Assembly: GCA_033764315.1 (NCBI GenBank)
Contig: JANRJA010000175.1
Coordinates: 1-55,111 of the forward strand
From: Oculatellaceae cyanobacterium bins.114
Lineage (GTDB): Bacteria > Cyanobacteriota > Cyanobacteriia > Elainellales > Elainellaceae
DNA: 55,111 nucleotides
Reading direction: 5' to 3'
Under the pieces are notes generated by a model that was given only the letters and a program-made list of their open reading frames with translations, did no database searches and was not told the origin of the DNA. This document shows, piece after piece, positions 18,585-27,432 of the stretch (positions are counted from its first letter, which is position 1; the number at the start of each line of letters is the position of its first letter). The translations under genes and the position numbers were made by a program.

Positions 18585-18782
18585 GAAACATCGCGATCGC
18601 CCCTCTAAAACCTTTAACCACCATGACTGACAACAAACAACAAACCCCTAAGCCGCCGCCGTACTGCATGGCTCAACCCCGACCTTTACCCCCCCCTGAC
18701 CCTAAAACTGGTAAGCCACGGGTTTAAAAGCCGAAAGGCGATCGCCTGCCTGAGAAACATCGCGATCGCCCCTCTAAAACCT
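18571..18782 (+). repeat. 43-bp direct repeats (18571-18613 and 18740-18782)
   Basis: GATCGCCTGCCTGAGAAACATCGCGATCGCCCCTCTAAAACCT twice. Confidence 0.9.
18623..18727 (+). CDS. 34-aa proline-rich micro-ORF between the direct repeats
   Basis: MTDNKQQTPKPPPYCMAQPRPLPPPDPKTGKPRV. Confidence 0.4.
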   Translation: MTDNKQQTPKPPPYCMAQPRPLPPPDPKTGKPRV

Positions 18783-18830
18783 CCTACCACTCGGTAGGAA
18801 CCCCCAAACCAAACAGTAAGGATTAATAAC

Positions 18831-19331
18831 ATGGTATCAACACCGATCAAGATTTCAACCGAAGAAGATGAGAAGCGTGGTAGTGGTCGGCTTCAACCTC
18901 AAAACTTCCGAACGCCCACCGGCTTGTGCATCCAGTTCATCCAGCAGCATCTGGATCGTCCCGTATGGGATGTTTCAGTTACTTTCCCCGTCGCCCGCTT
19001 CTTAGGCAAGATTGAGCACGCTCGTAGTGGCTGGAAAATTGTCAGTGTCAATCGCCAACCCCACGCCGACATGGTTAGTCACCCTTCTTATGAGGAAGCA
19101 GCGATCGCCCTGTTAGACCTTTGCCGCAAGCCTGCTAGTCTACCTGATGCCAGCAAAACAGCCCATGAAGTGGTTCTCACTCACCCTCGAAAAAGCAAGG
19201 TCTTGATTGTGGTGCTGACTGCCACCGACGCGGCTACAGACGTATTTCGTGAGATTCAAAATCAGTTGAGTATTCGGCGGTTAAACGGTTACTCGATCGC
19301 ATCCCTCAAGCTCTTATCCGACCCGTTCTAG
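18831..19331 (+). CDS. Hypothetical protein
   Basis: AAGGA RBS and ATG. Confidence 0.65.
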   Translation: MVSTPIKISTEEDEKRGSGRLQPQNFRTPTGLCIQFIQQHLDRPVWDVSVTFPVARFLGKIEHARSGWKIVSVNRQPHADMVSHPSYEEAAIALLDLCRKPASLPDASKTAHEVVLTHPRKSKVLIVVLTATDAATDVFREIQNQLSIRRLNGYSIASLKLLSDPF

Positions 19332-19409
19332 CAAGCCAATTGCCCCTACTCCCCCAAGTGGGGGCAAACATCCCCCTCTTGCCCTCTTACCCCCTCACCT
19401 CCTAAGCCC

Positions 19410-19655
19410 ATGTACAACCTTAGAGCGCGACTCGAAGAACACCGAAGACGCTTGCTTGCCTCATGCCCAGTGCCCTCAGAGCCGCATGTACAAGCCTTTG
19501 AAGCTGACTGCTCAGACAGTGTCCGCGATACGGTGAACCATATCAGAACTGTGATGAACGAACTGGACACAGAGCGACTAGGGGAACTCCAGCACATGCT
19601 CGAAATACTCGCCGATGAAGCCCACGCAATGGCGATCGCCAATCAAGACCTATGA
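19410..19655 (+). CDS. Hypothetical protein
   Basis: ATGA-coupled to the Rad52-family gene. Confidence 0.6.
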   Translation: MYNLRARLEEHRRRLLASCPVPSEPHVQAFEADCSDSVRDTVNHIRTVMNELDTERLGELQHMLEILADEAHAMAIANQDL

Positions 19656-20092
19656 CCTTATCTGAAATCTTTCCTGAACTGACCGCCAAATTTGAGCCAC
19701 AGGAGCACAAGAAACGCACCGTGCCTGGTGGTGGTGATTGGTACTTTGTGCCCTGGCAGACGATTAGAGCACGGCTCAACCGTGTCTGCCCTGACGACTG
19801 GACAAACGTTTACTCAGACCTCACCTTTGTTGAAGGCTATTGCATCATCGTTTGCACCCTGACCATTTGTGGTGTAAGCCATCAAGGGATTGGCTCAACC
19901 CAGATTGAGATTCTAAATGCCCAGGGCAAGAACACAGCCTATGGCGACCCGATTGAACGGGCAACCGCCGATGCTTTCAAGAATGCCGCAGAGCAGTTTG
20001 GTATTGCAGCTTATCTGGACGCTCAAAGTGACCCCAGCAAGAAGCAGGCATTCTTCAACTACGTGAGCGGTCGCACCAAAGCGGCTGCATAA
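19652..20092 (+). CDS. Rad52/Rad22-family (Sak-like) ssDNA annealing protein
   Basis: FVPWQTIRARLNRV...GIG...ATADAFKNAAEQFGIAAYL. Confidence 0.85.
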   Translation: MTLSEIFPELTAKFEPQEHKKRTVPGGGDWYFVPWQTIRARLNRVCPDDWTNVYSDLTFVEGYCIIVCTLTICGVSHQGIGSTQIEILNAQGKNTAYGDPIERATADAFKNAAEQFGIAAYLDAQSDPSKKQAFFNYVSGRTKAAA

Positions 20093-20167
20093 TAAGCTTA
20101 GATTGCAATTCAAACATTCACGCTCACACCCCTACCAACTTGGTGGGGGTTTTGCTTTAAAGCACTT

Positions 20168-21148
20168 CTAAAGCATGTCTCCCAACAGGTCTGTCAGATC
20201 GCGTTGGTGATTTATCCGGTTGTCGTCATACACCATCAGCGTTTCAATCCGCTTATGACGGCTGAGCTTCTTTACACGCCGCACATCACCCCCAGTTGCA
20301 TCTAGAGCTGCCGTAACGCTGGAGTGGCGAATCCTGTGGGGTGAGAGGTGCTTCTGCACGCCGGCTGCGACAGATGCCTCAACCACCAGGTTGTAGATGG
20401 CGTTGCCCGTGATCCGCTTGCCAGGGCTGTTGTTAGAGAGCGAGATAAAGAGAGGGTCTGAAGGGTGAAGGGTGAAGGGTGAAGGCTGAAAGCGAGCAGC
20501 AAGCCATTGGGCGATCGCGTCCACCGTCCCAGAATTCAAGCTCACCCACTCTGCTTGGGTGCCTCGCCCTTTCCCCAAAATTTGCAGCCGTGCTCCCTGC
20601 TGGTCGAAGTCCTTCACATCACACTTCACTAGCTCCCCCCGGCGGAGTGCGTTCGACCAGAGCAGGATCAGAATTGCGTAGTTCCTTAGCCCCAGCAGGC
20701 TAGAGCGATCGACGCTACTCAAGATTTGGCTGTAAATGTCCCTCTCGACTCCACTGGTATCGCGGTAGTGTTGCACCTTCTCACCGTCGATTTCTTCCAG
20801 ACTCCACTGGCATTTATCAACCTTCTGGGCAAACTTTACCAGGCTCTTAATCGCTGCCAGCCTGCGGTTAATCGTTGCCTCAGCCAGGTTTCGCTCAATC
20901 AGCCCTGCTTTGTATTGCAACACTAGGGAGATGGCAGTGGCTCTCTCTAACTTTAGGAATTCCGCAACGAGCTGCGGGTTTGGTTCGTGCCCTGAAATCG
21001 ATTTGAAAAAGTCTTTGAGGTCTTTAGCGTAGGCTCGGCGGGTTTCTGGCGATCGCTTGTCTCTGAGCAACTCGGCTACTAAATCTCGCTCTTGAACTTT
21101 GAAAAAACTACTCGGCTGGAGTGAGTGAGGTTGAATGCTTGCATCCAT
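20168..21148 (-). CDS. Tyrosine recombinase (Cre/XerC-like resolvase)
   Basis: LRRGE, GKG, HRIRH, SRH, terminal Y (VYDD); N-terminal SAM-like domain. Confidence 0.92.
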   Translation of the reverse strand: MDASIQPHSLQPSSFFKVQERDLVAELLRDKRSPETRRAYAKDLKDFFKSISGHEPNPQLVAEFLKLERATAISLVLQYKAGLIERNLAEATINRRLAAIKSLVKFAQKVDKCQWSLEEIDGEKVQHYRDTSGVERDIYSQILSSVDRSSLLGLRNYAILILLWSNALRRGELVKCDVKDFDQQGARLQILGKGRGTQAEWVSLNSGTVDAIAQWLAARFQPSPFTLHPSDPLFISLSNNSPGKRITGNAIYNLVVEASVAAGVQKHLSPHRIRHSSVTAALDATGGDVRRVKKLSRHKRIETLMVYDDNRINHQRDLTDLLGDML

Positions 21149-21312
21149 GTATGCAACCTGGGCTATCTATCACCCTCACCGTTCCTACTGGTGATAATGA
21201 CTGTTTCCGCTAGTAGGATTTGCGGATTTGACGTGTGAAGCTTCGATGAACTTCAAAAAGTCAAGTGGGATCACAGGGGATTTTGAGGGGTCAGACCCCT
21301 TATTAAAGAAAT

Positions 21313-22047
21313 ATGAATTCCGCTGCACCCATGAATACTGCGATCGCTACAGAAACCATTTGGCATCAGTTCCGCAATCAGGGGTGTCCTACAAGGCTCC
21401 GCGATCGCCTAGCATCTGCCAACGACAACCTTGCTCGCAAGATTGCCCATAGAGAGGCAGGCTGCTGCCCAGAACCGATCGAAGACTTGACCCAAATTGC
21501 CAGAATTGGCCTGCTGAAAGCCATTGACAGATACGACCCGACTAAGGGCGCGGCGTTTAGTTCCTTTGCAGTTCCCTACATCCGAGGTGAAATCCAGCAT
21601 TTCCTCCGCGACCACTGGGGGCATCCCAAAATCCCAAGACGTGCCCATGAGGCGGTTGGCAAGGTCAAAGGAACCCGACGACGGCTAGAAAAATTAGGTT
21701 ATGAAATTGACGAAGAACGTATCGCCCGTGCCCACGGAATGGATCGGCAGCGGTGGCGATGGACTAAAGAAGTGGTGCAACGCAAGCCCCTTGTCAGTCT
21801 GGACGATGCCCTGCACCTGACCACCGAAGCCGATGACATGGAGCGAGAGCGGTTGATATTGGCAGTTAAGCAAGCGATCGCCACCCTACCAAAGTTAGCT
21901 CGCACCTGTATCGTTGAGCGGTACTTCAGCCAGCTCAGCGATGAGGCGATCGCCCGTCGCCATCGTCGCACCGTTGCCGAAATTCAAGTTTTACTAACTC
22001 AGGCTATTGACACTCTTCGCACCCAACTACAGGAGCTTGCCCCATGA
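21313..22047 (+). CDS. Phage group-3 (SigF/SigB-like) sigma factor
   Basis: EDLTQIARIGLLKAIDRYDPTKGAAFSSFAVPYIRGEIQHFLRD. Confidence 0.92.
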   Translation: MNSAAPMNTAIATETIWHQFRNQGCPTRLRDRLASANDNLARKIAHREAGCCPEPIEDLTQIARIGLLKAIDRYDPTKGAAFSSFAVPYIRGEIQHFLRDHWGHPKIPRRAHEAVGKVKGTRRRLEKLGYEIDEERIARAHGMDRQRWRWTKEVVQRKPLVSLDDALHLTTEADDMERERLILAVKQAIATLPKLARTCIVERYFSQLSDEAIARRHRRTVAEIQVLLTQAIDTLRTQLQELAP

Positions 22048-22802
22048 CTTTGACCGTAGACGAGAAGATCCGGCGCAGTCACCTGGAGCAAACGATCGAG
22101 CGGGGGCTGAAAGCATTTTATGAAGCGGGTCAAGCGTTGATGGAGATGCGCGATCGCCGCCTGTATAGAGAAGAGTTTGCAACTTTTGAAGACTACTGCC
22201 AGACTCGCTGGGAGATGTCCAAAACTCATGCCAACCGACTGATTGAAGCGGCTGAGGTTATCGAAACACTGACACCAATTGGTGTCATTCTGCCGATCAA
22301 TGAATCTCAGGCTCGACCCCTAGCCCCCTTGTCTGTTGAGGCAAGAGTGGAGGTCATGCAAGCCTCAGCCGCGATCGCCCCCAGTGGCAAGCCTACGGCT
22401 GCTCATGTGCAGCGTGCAGTAGAGGCGGTGAAAACCAAGCCTCAGCCGCTCACACCAGGCCAACGTCTTACCGTGCTGGACGAGCAATCCCCCTACTATG
22501 GGGAGGAAGTTGAGGTGGTTGCCGCCGAGGGCTTAATTGTCGAATGTCAGGTTGAAGGGGTTATAGGTAAAACGGCATTTTTGAGCAACGAACTCAGCAG
22601 CCAACCCAAGCGGTGCTCATCGATTGAGCAGACTTGGAAAGAGCGCAAACATAGCCCCGTTGACGAACTGCGAGGACGTGCTGAAATTGCAGAAATGAGA
22701 GTCGAGGCTTTGGAGAGGTTGCTTGGGTTCGCTCTTGTAGCTATTAAATCTGGGATTGCAGATCCGGCTCTGATAGAGCAGATTGAAGCTGCTCTGGCCT
22801 AG
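22044..22802 (+). CDS. Phage helical DNA-binding protein with C-terminal KOW-like domain
   Basis: FYEAGQALMEMRDRRLYREEFATFEDYC..RW...ANRLIEAA motif. Confidence 0.75.
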   Translation: MTLTVDEKIRRSHLEQTIERGLKAFYEAGQALMEMRDRRLYREEFATFEDYCQTRWEMSKTHANRLIEAAEVIETLTPIGVILPINESQARPLAPLSVEARVEVMQASAAIAPSGKPTAAHVQRAVEAVKTKPQPLTPGQRLTVLDEQSPYYGEEVEVVAAEGLIVECQVEGVIGKTAFLSNELSSQPKRCSSIEQTWKERKHSPVDELRGRAEIAEMRVEALERLLGFALVAIKSGIADPALIEQIEAALA

Positions 22803-23081
22803 CTGCCCAGCCTTTACCCTCAAGCTCTGTCTGAGTTCCAAAAACCAAGCCACCGCCCGTTTTGTAGGCGGTGATTTTCCCATAACAAATACTGCCGATT
22901 ATGGCAGTGCGAGTTTTTTTCCACAAAATCATCCCAACCGCCCAATCCATATACGATTCGCCTGAGTGAAGAAGCTATCTTAATTGTTTGTTACAGAGCA
23001 GGGCGATCGCTCAAATCTTAAAGAAAAGCAAAGCCTTTGCTCCTTTTGGGTAGGAATCCTGAAGCAGATTTGAGAAATGCC

Positions 23082-23348
23082 ATGCCTCCATTTCAATGCC
23101 CTGCTGAGTGTCCACGAAAAGACGAGGTTGCGCGCACGACTGGCAAGATAGGCTCTTATGCTTTTGCTCTACTGCTTTCGATGTTGGCATTAGTTTTCAG
23201 CTTTGAACCAAGCCCGCGTGGTGGTTGGCAGCCAAAAGAGGAGCCGCCTGTATTTGTGTGGGCTATTTTTCTGCCAATCATTGGCGGTTGCGTTGGAGTG
23301 CAGATATCACCTGAGTTTGTCGGTCGCCTGGTTGGTGCCCGTCAATAG
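23082..23348 (+). CDS. Two-TM membrane protein, holin candidate
   Basis: Two hydrophobic helices; preceded by the late-promoter motif. Confidence 0.55.
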   Translation: MPPFQCPAECPRKDEVARTTGKIGSYAFALLLSMLALVFSFEPSPRGGWQPKEEPPVFVWAIFLPIIGGCVGVQISPEFVGRLVGARQ

Positions 23349-24072
23349 CCAATCATTACTAATTAATTTTGTGGCACACCATGCCAATCGACCCCCTAAC
23401 AGCCCAATCGACCGCCTTATTCGCCGCCTGTTGCGATGGATGCGCCGATCGCTCGGAGTTGAGCAACCCCACAAGCCCAGCGGCATTATTGAAGCTAGAA
23501 CTGAGCGAGCAACTCTATGGCGAGCTTTCAGCGACGAGCCAGGGGTGTGCAGTTACTGGCAGATTTGCCATGAAGACGCCAGCTCAGATTTGGCTATCAG
23601 CATCATCAGTGTCGCCCAACTCAGAGAGGATCTGGGACGAGGAAGCGATCGCCTCCCATCTAGTGCAACTCGCCCTGGCTCCAAGTTTAAAGATGAATTT
23701 GAAATCTACCTCAAATCCATTGGAGGGCTGGACTCGCGGTTTATCTCTCACATCTTTGTGGTGGCATGGCGAAGCCGGATTCCTCGCAAAAGGAGTAAAG
23801 CTGGTGAGCGTCCTAGTTATTTGGTTCGCCCTATTGCAGCTATCCCTGGTGATTTCCAGGGCATCAGTAACGCATGGGCATCCGGCGATCGCTATGCCAT
23901 CAAAATTGCAGAGGTAATAGCAAAACGATTGCTGCGGATGACCCCAACTGAGAGCGTCGGTTGGGAAGAAATTATCAATGGGGTGCAGTGGCTTGATTGG
24001 CTTGAATTCTATGCAGCCCGCGCCTTGGGGAAATCACACGTTTTTCAGCCACGCCGCAACAATGGAAAGTAA
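23203..24072 (+). CDS. Hypothetical protein (overlapping frame; true start probably downstream)
   Basis: Long open frame whose stop overlaps the next ATG region. Confidence 0.4.
   Translation: MNQARVVVGSQKRSRLYLCGLFFCQSLAVALECRYHLSLSVAWLVPVNSQSLLINFVAHHANRPPNSPIDRLIRRLLRWMRRSLGVEQPHKPSGIIEARTERATLWRAFSDEPGVCSYWQICHEDASSDLAISIISVAQLREDLGRGSDRLPSSATRPGSKFKDEFEIYLKSIGGLDSRFISHIFVVAWRSRIPRKRSKAGERPSYLVRPIAAIPGDFQGISNAWASGDRYAIKIAEVIAKRLLRMTPTESVGWEEIINGVQWLDWLEFYAARALGKSHVFQPRRNNGK
23381..23917 (+). CDS. Hypothetical protein with C-terminal TM (nested in another long frame)
   Basis: ATG ORF; LVSVLVIWFALLQLSLVI. Confidence 0.4.
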   Translation: MPIDPLTAQSTALFAACCDGCADRSELSNPTSPAALLKLELSEQLYGELSATSQGCAVTGRFAMKTPAQIWLSASSVSPNSERIWDEEAIASHLVQLALAPSLKMNLKSTSNPLEGWTRGLSLTSLWWHGEAGFLAKGVKLVSVLVIWFALLQLSLVISRASVTHGHPAIAMPSKLQR

Positions 24073-24256
24073 CGAGATTGATCGAGCATTAGGCTGCGTT
24101 GGTGAAGCCTCAAGGCTTTTAAGGGAGGCTACTACTACAGATGCATCAAGCTGGATCAAGCTAAAAACAGCCCAAATGCTACTCAAGGACGTGCAGCACC
24201 TGCTAGAGAGAGCTAATGCGATCGCCTCAGCTGATTCTCAAGAATCCCAACAGTAA
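24062..24256 (+). CDS. Hypothetical protein
   Basis: MESNEIDRAL..., helical. Confidence 0.55.
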   Translation: MESNEIDRALGCVGEASRLLREATTTDASSWIKLKTAQMLLKDVQHLLERANAIASADSQESQQ

Positions 24257-24431
24257 CATTCCTGACTGGCTCTCTCTTGTAGAGCAGTGTGTTGTCGTAG
24301 ATAACGACCAATATTGCTTCTATGTGGCGGCAATGCCGATTGAGCAGGCGATCGCCCATCTCGCCCAGCTTGGCTTTGAGGTTTGGGCTAAAGAGCACTG
24401 GAATTATGGTTGGGTTTCCAGGAAGCTCTAA
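24216..24431 (+). CDS. Hypothetical protein
   Basis: GAGAG RBS-like sequence and ATG. Confidence 0.5.
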   Translation: MRSPQLILKNPNSNIPDWLSLVEQCVVVDNDQYCFYVAAMPIEQAIAHLAQLGFEVWAKEHWNYGWVSRKL

Positions 24432-24438
24432 TGCATTT

Positions 24439-24472
24439 ATTTCCGCAACAAAGGGTTAGTTGTTGCGGATTT
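24439..24472. other. 34-bp 13-8-13 inverted-repeat site (loxP-like architecture)
   Basis: ATTTCCGCAACAA AGGGTTAG TTGTTGCGGATTT. Confidence 0.55.
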
Positions 24473-24575
24473 GAGTAGACTTTAGATAGCGATCGCCTGG
24501 TAGGGGGCTACTGGCGATCGCCCTTTCCCACACCCAAGGGAACCCTCACAGCGTTAAATGCGGTGAGATAAGCGA

Positions 24576-25838
24576 ATGTCAGGCGATACCTTGGGCGTAT
24601 ATTGGGGTGGATTTCTACTAAACAGTTGCTCGCCACTGGAGGTCTACCTAAACGTCTGCTCGCATCGGTGCTCCTACTGTTTCGCTAACCTCAACAAGCC
24701 CGATCGCAGAGCCAATCTGCCTCAGATGTTCAACCTGCTCTCCGAACTGTGGCAAACCGACGATAAAGGCGAATTCAAGCGCAAAACCTACGCGGCTCAC
24801 CTCCTTCGCTCTGGCTACGCTGTCACTCTCTCAAACCACGTCGATCCACTGGCTGCATCCAATTGGTTCCAGGCATTGCCCCTCATCGAAACACTGCAAG
24901 AAATGGGCATTCCCTTGAACCTGATGACCCGCTTTGGCAAGGACGAGCACACTCAAGAATTATTCAGCCTACTCAAACAGCCCACACCCATTTATGTGAG
25001 CGTCCCCACCCTCAACGCCGAGATTGCCCGTAAGTGTGAGCCAGGAGCACCCCTGCCAGAACAACGGCTGGAGTATATCAAACAGGCGATCGCGCTTGGT
25101 CATCCTGTCAATGTGGGCATTAACCCTGTAATTCCAGGCTGGATTGATGACCGTGATTTGATGGCTAAAACCTTCAAAGAGATTGGGGTTTGGGGGGTGT
25201 GCCTCGGTAAAATTCACCTCAGCAAAGACCAGATAGCCAACATGAGCGAGCGTGAGCAAAAGAATTTGGGCGATCGCGCTATTGAAGCTGCCAGCCGTCG
25301 CCACAAAGACCCTGAACTCAATGAGCTTTACAAAGCCGTCGAAGCGGCTTGCGATAAATACGGGCTGCACATCTACACGGCTCAGCAAGGGCGGTATTCA
25401 AAATTTTTTGAGCATGAAAAACGCTTAGCCTCAAAAGGCTTCCCGCTAATGCAAGAGTTTGTGAATCACTGCCATAAAACCAAGAAATCGGGGGATTTGG
25501 TGGTGTGGGGTGAGTTTCACGATTTCTTTGCCCCTCACCTTCCCAAGGGGGTCTGGAATCTCAGAGAGCACGTCAACTCAACCACTCGTATCCGCGTGCT
25601 CAATGAAAAGAAAGTTCCTCAGCGGATGGATTATTCGCAGCTACTCTGGCACGGCTGGCAGTACACCGAAATAGGGTTTTGCCCTGCTAATGTCGATTGC
25701 TTTGCCTGGGCAGGTGATCCACTAGATGCGAAGAAGAACGTCTGGACAACGCTTTTAGACGATTTGGATCTCCCCATTTTGGTTTTTAAGCCTGAAGGAA
25801 CAAACGGGCAGGCGTTTACGAAGGAGCACAAACTATGA
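24576..25838 (+). CDS. Radical SAM enzyme (spore-photoproduct-lyase-like family)
   Basis: CSHRCSYCFA (CxxxCxxC), EPGAPLPEQRL, INPVIPG. Confidence 0.85.
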   Translation: MSGDTLGVYWGGFLLNSCSPLEVYLNVCSHRCSYCFANLNKPDRRANLPQMFNLLSELWQTDDKGEFKRKTYAAHLLRSGYAVTLSNHVDPLAASNWFQALPLIETLQEMGIPLNLMTRFGKDEHTQELFSLLKQPTPIYVSVPTLNAEIARKCEPGAPLPEQRLEYIKQAIALGHPVNVGINPVIPGWIDDRDLMAKTFKEIGVWGVCLGKIHLSKDQIANMSEREQKNLGDRAIEAASRRHKDPELNELYKAVEAACDKYGLHIYTAQQGRYSKFFEHEKRLASKGFPLMQEFVNHCHKTKKSGDLVVWGEFHDFFAPHLPKGVWNLREHVNSTTRIRVLNEKKVPQRMDYSQLLWHGWQYTEIGFCPANVDCFAWAGDPLDAKKNVWTTLLDDLDLPILVFKPEGTNGQAFTKEHKL

Positions 25839-26257
25839 ATCTTGAATTGAGCCTCGAATATTTGGAGAATTGCCAGGACGGACGCAACCCCAGTGGCAGA
25901 GCCAAAGGTGCTAGTGGTGGCAGTCGTGGGGCTGGTGGTGGGCTTACAACCCAGCAGCGATCGCTCTCCGGCGAGGTGGGGCAGTTGGCCGCTCGAACCG
26001 CAGCCGTTACCTCTAGTCCCCTAACTGCCAGCAGTGCGGCTGGTAGAGCAGGACAATTGGCAGCAAGGGGGGCAGCGATCGCCCGTGCAACTGCTAGTGC
26101 AATTAATTCCCCGGCAGCAAGGCAAGCGGCGTTTAATGCGGGGCAAGCCGTTGGGCAGGCAACTAGAGCTGCTGCTAACCGAGCACGGCAAGATATTGGA
26201 AGAACAACCAGGGCAGCGCGTGGAGCAAGAGCATTGGCTCGTCGGCTAGGAATCTAA
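25835..26257 (+). CDS. Ala/Arg/Gly-rich basic protein
   Basis: ATGA-coupled to the radical SAM gene, AGGAG RBS; low complexity. Confidence 0.7.
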   Translation: MNLELSLEYLENCQDGRNPSGRAKGASGGSRGAGGGLTTQQRSLSGEVGQLAARTAAVTSSPLTASSAAGRAGQLAARGAAIARATASAINSPAARQAAFNAGQAVGQATRAAANRARQDIGRTTRAARGARALARRLGI

Positions 26258-26261
26258 ATCT

Positions 26262-26906
26262 ATGTCCAAAATTAATCTTAGAGTCCAGCAGCGTAACGCT
26301 AATGGTCATACCGAGCGCGGCATGACGATGCTGGATAGCAGCATTACTCAGGATGGCTTTATTGGAGCCGTAACAGTCGCTGCTAATGGCGAGGTGTTTG
26401 ACGGCTCAGCTCGAACTGAGACAATCGAGAACCGTTTTAGCGATGTTGAGCCAATTATTGTGCGGAGTAATGGCGATCGCCCAATCATCCATATCCGCGA
26501 AGACATTGCCACTGCTGAAGACCCTAAAGCGGTCAGGTTATCGGTTGCAGCCAATCAAATTGCGGCTGTAAACCTCAACTGGGATGGCGAAATCCTTGAG
26601 GAGATGCAATACGAGGCTGACCTCTCAGGATTGTTCAACGACGAAGAGTGGAGCATCGCCCTTAGTGATTTAGCCGACTCCGAGTCTGAGGGCTTGGGCG
26701 GTCATGACTCCGAAAACTCGGACGATCGCAATGTCTCCAACGACTCTGAAGATGAGGAGGACGAGCCAATATCCAACCTGCCTAACAACCTCAGACCCCT
26801 CTCAATCGTCCTCACCTGGGCAGAATACCAGGAGTGGAAGGTGATCAAAGAGAGCTTAGGTGCAAAGTCCGACAAAGACGCCTTTCTCAAGCTGATGCGT
26901 GAGTAG
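26262..26906 (+). CDS. ParB/Srx-like N-terminal domain protein with acidic linker
   Basis: RNANGH...SITQDGFIG...FDGSART. Confidence 0.7.
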   Translation: MSKINLRVQQRNANGHTERGMTMLDSSITQDGFIGAVTVAANGEVFDGSARTETIENRFSDVEPIIVRSNGDRPIIHIREDIATAEDPKAVRLSVAANQIAAVNLNWDGEILEEMQYEADLSGLFNDEEWSIALSDLADSESEGLGGHDSENSDDRNVSNDSEDEEDEPISNLPNNLRPLSIVLTWAEYQEWKVIKESLGAKSDKDAFLKLMRE

Positions 26907-26955
26907 CCAGGGAACTCTGGGGCAGTAATACCGCAGTTTTGCCTCACTCTGCCCC

Positions 26956-27432
26956 ATGCCTCAAAGTCGCTCTCTGAAGGAAATACAGCTCAAAGCGATC
27001 GCTGAACTTGCCTCTGGTAAGTCGCAGTCTGCCACAGCTAGAGACATCGGCGTAGACCGTAAAACGATCAACCGCTGGCTGGCAGAAGAAGAGTTTAAAG
27101 CAGAGCTAGAACGCAGGAGCGATCGCCTCCAACAGCAGCATCAAGAACAGGCTGACGCCCTCCAGGACGAGGAAATTAGCCAGTTTTATGAGGGATTAAA
27201 GGCTTACCGCGATGCACGACTGCAAATCTACAGAGCCAAGCTGGCACGGGGCACGAAGATCCTCAAAAAAGCGGGTGAGCGGTTTGATGATTTGCCTGCT
27301 GAAGCGATCGCCGCTAGCAGTCTCGTTGGTTTCCTGAGTATCGCTGACCAGCTCTGTGAATCGGGCTTGAGTGGATGGGCAGAGCTGCTCGCACTTGAAG
27401 AGCTGTTGAAACGATTAGAAGATGCCGCTTAA
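26956..27432 (+). CDS. terS: Terminase small subunit (HTH)
   Basis: GKSQSATARDIGVDRKTINRW; overlaps the TerL start. Confidence 0.75.
   Translation: MPQSRSLKEIQLKAIAELASGKSQSATARDIGVDRKTINRWLAEEEFKAELERRSDRLQQQHQEQADALQDEEISQFYEGLKAYRDARLQIYRAKLARGTKILKKAGERFDDLPAEAIAASSLVGFLSIADQLCESGLSGWAELLALEELLKRLEDAA

Noticed and set aside
18571..18782. Mini-CRISPR array or IS ends
   Set aside because: Only two copies, a 126-nt spacer, direct orientation and no transposase
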